From the human T2T-CHM13v2.0 reference genome, Homo sapiens, in assembly GCF_009914755.1 (NCBI RefSeq), contig NC_060925.1: a stretch of 64,000 nt of DNA. One strand, written 5' to 3'. A program made the position numbers and the translations under genes. Below are positions 61,983 through 64,000 of the stretch, piece after piece. Within the stretch, counting starts at the first letter, position 1. Each line of letters begins with the position of its first letter. A model generated the notes under the pieces. It did no database searches. It saw only the letters and a program-made list of their open reading frames with translations, and was not told the origin of the DNA.

Positions 61983-62926
61983 TCAGTTGCTCTTATCTGG
62001 CAGACAGACTCCTGATTATCCATCAAATCTTGAATCCTGTTCTCCTCTGGGAAGCCCTCCCTGACTTCCCAAGTTGACTTAAGCACTCTCTTTTTCCCCC
62101 ACTGTGTCTTGCGCTTGCAGGTTTGTGTGTGCCACATTGCCTCATCTACTAATTTATAAACTCTTTGGGCAACCTGTTGTTTCATACTCCCACTGCAGCA
62201 GCCTGCAGAGTGCTTTACATATGGAGGACCCTTAACACATGCGTATTTAGTGAATGAGTGAATGAATGAATGGCATTCCCTCCATGAGGAACGGATATTA
62301 CAACTGAGAGAGAGAGTAACCTCTCATTCAAAGGCAATTGTCCCTATACAATAGTTATACTTGGCTTATTTCTGCAGGAGCAAAAGTTTGGGTTCTTCTA
62401 GATGTTTGGAAATCTGTCTCCTTTTTGCCCTCATCACATTACCAAGTTTCGGCCAAGAGCAAGCTTTGTTCCTTGGTTTAGCACAACTATTTGATTACCA
62501 ATATTGGATTATTTGGCAGATGTTGAACTGGCTTAAATTGCTCATCTGGGCCAGATATTGAATTGGTTTAAACTGCTCATTTCAATTGCAGAGCCAGGCC
62601 AAAATGAGGATTTTGAATTTCTTTTCTTTTTAAATGGAAGAATTTATTGAGCCAGTCTTGCAAAAAGGGCCTTTGGTTCATGCCCTAGAACAACACATAG
62701 TTTGTTCCAGTAAACAATAAAACATGCCAATAACATTTCTCACCATTATCAGTGTTCTAGAAGACAGGATAAAGGCTGCGATCTAAAGCCTGCGACTTTA
62801 GATAATGTGATTTGGGGGGAACATTTATTTATAAGTAGTATATATACTAAATGTAGCATGATGGATAAAGAAATATACTTATTGGCAATAGTCCATTGCG
62901 TTTGTAAACTTTTGATTTATGAAGCA

Positions 62927-63347
62927 TGATATGGTTTGGATCTGTGTCCTCACCCAAATCTCATGCAAATTGTAATCCCCAGTGTTGGAGGGGTCCCTAG
63001 TGGGAGGGGATTGTATCATGGTGGTGGATTTCTCATGAATGGTTTCGCATCATCCCCTTGGTGCTGTTCTCATGATAGTGCATGAGTTCCCTTCAGATCT
63101 GGTTGTTTAATAGTGTGTTGCACCACCCCACTCTCTCTCTTGCTTCTGCTCCGGCCATGTGAAGTGCCTGCTTCCCCATCACCTTTTGCCATGATCGTAA
63201 GTTTCCTGAGGCCTCCCCAGAAGCCGAGCAGACACCATCATGCTTCCTACACAGCCTGCAGAACCTTGAGCCAATTAAAACTCTGTCTTCTATAAACTGT
63301 TCAGTTTCAGGTATTCCTTTATAGCAATGCGAGAATGGACTAATACA
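62927..63347 (+). mobile_element. MSTA/MSTB solo LTR
   Basis: 'tgatatggtttggatctgtgtcctcacccaaatctcatg' to 'gaatggactaataca'; TSD aagca / aaaca. Confidence 0.9.
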
Positions 63348-64000
63348 AAACACATCTATGTTCATTATAGAATTTGCTCCTTATAGCAACTTTGTAGTGA
63401 AGTTAGGACAGGTATGTGTTCCCTCATTTTGCACAGCAAACAGCTGAGGCTCAGTGTATTATAAACTCAAGAATAGATATTTATCTTACACTTAGTTCTT
63501 AAGGCAACTTTATACATAATATTATTCTATTTGTCAGATGAGACAGTTGAGGCTCACAAGACTACCTAACATTCTGAGCTACACAGTTAAATGAGAGATG
63601 CGTGACTTAAGCCCATGCTTTGTGCACACTTATCACTGTGTTATAAAGAATGGCCTACCTATTTAAACATGATCCACTCTGCTCTTTAATTTGACCCTAA
63701 AAATGTGAGCAAGTAACAAATTTTGAAAAAGGAAAGTCTTTAATATTTATTGACGACCCACTTTACTAGTTCATGGGGTTAGACAGTGACTATGAGAGAG
63801 AAGTGGACTTCTGGGAATTTGTATTCTAGTAAAGAAAATAGACAAGTAAATAAACAGTTACGGTTACTTGTGCCGTGTATGGAAGGCTTTGGAAAAACAT
63901 AAAATGGGCCTAAAATTGAGACTTAAACAATTATTAAAGGATTCCTAGAGGGAGTGATGTCCAGTAATCTAATTACGACACTGCTTTCCCTGTTATTGCT

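Overview
This is human genomic DNA: an AluYa5 with all five diagnostic bases lies at 61.7 kb. The window sits inside the FGGY gene (FGGY carbohydrate kinase domain-containing, D-ribulokinase) on the + strand. It holds two consecutive coding exons, 1341-1456 and 56767-56895 (probably exons 6 and 7, numbering from memory). They are joined in frame across a 55,310-bp GT-AG intron. The rest is intronic and dominated by transposable elements: L1s, Alus, an LTR12C, THE1A/MST/MER21A/MER57 LTRs, DNA-transposon relics, L2/MIR and microsatellites. I found no new protein-coding or RNA system, and the other ORFs are repeat-derived or unrecognised short ORFs. The most interesting structure is mechanistic. 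A near full-length L1PA6-like element appears to carry a ~190-bp 3' transduction. A younger, twin-primed L1 is nested in its ORF1, and its priming homology is still readable. Several templated-insertion or fold-back scars are visible. A CpG-rich sense LTR12C could act as an internal FGGY promoter, inverted Alus flank the first exon, and there is a 262-nt pure-pyrimidine tract with 17 consecutive GGAA units. Repeat subfamily names come from remembered consensus sequences, not from a RepeatMasker run.
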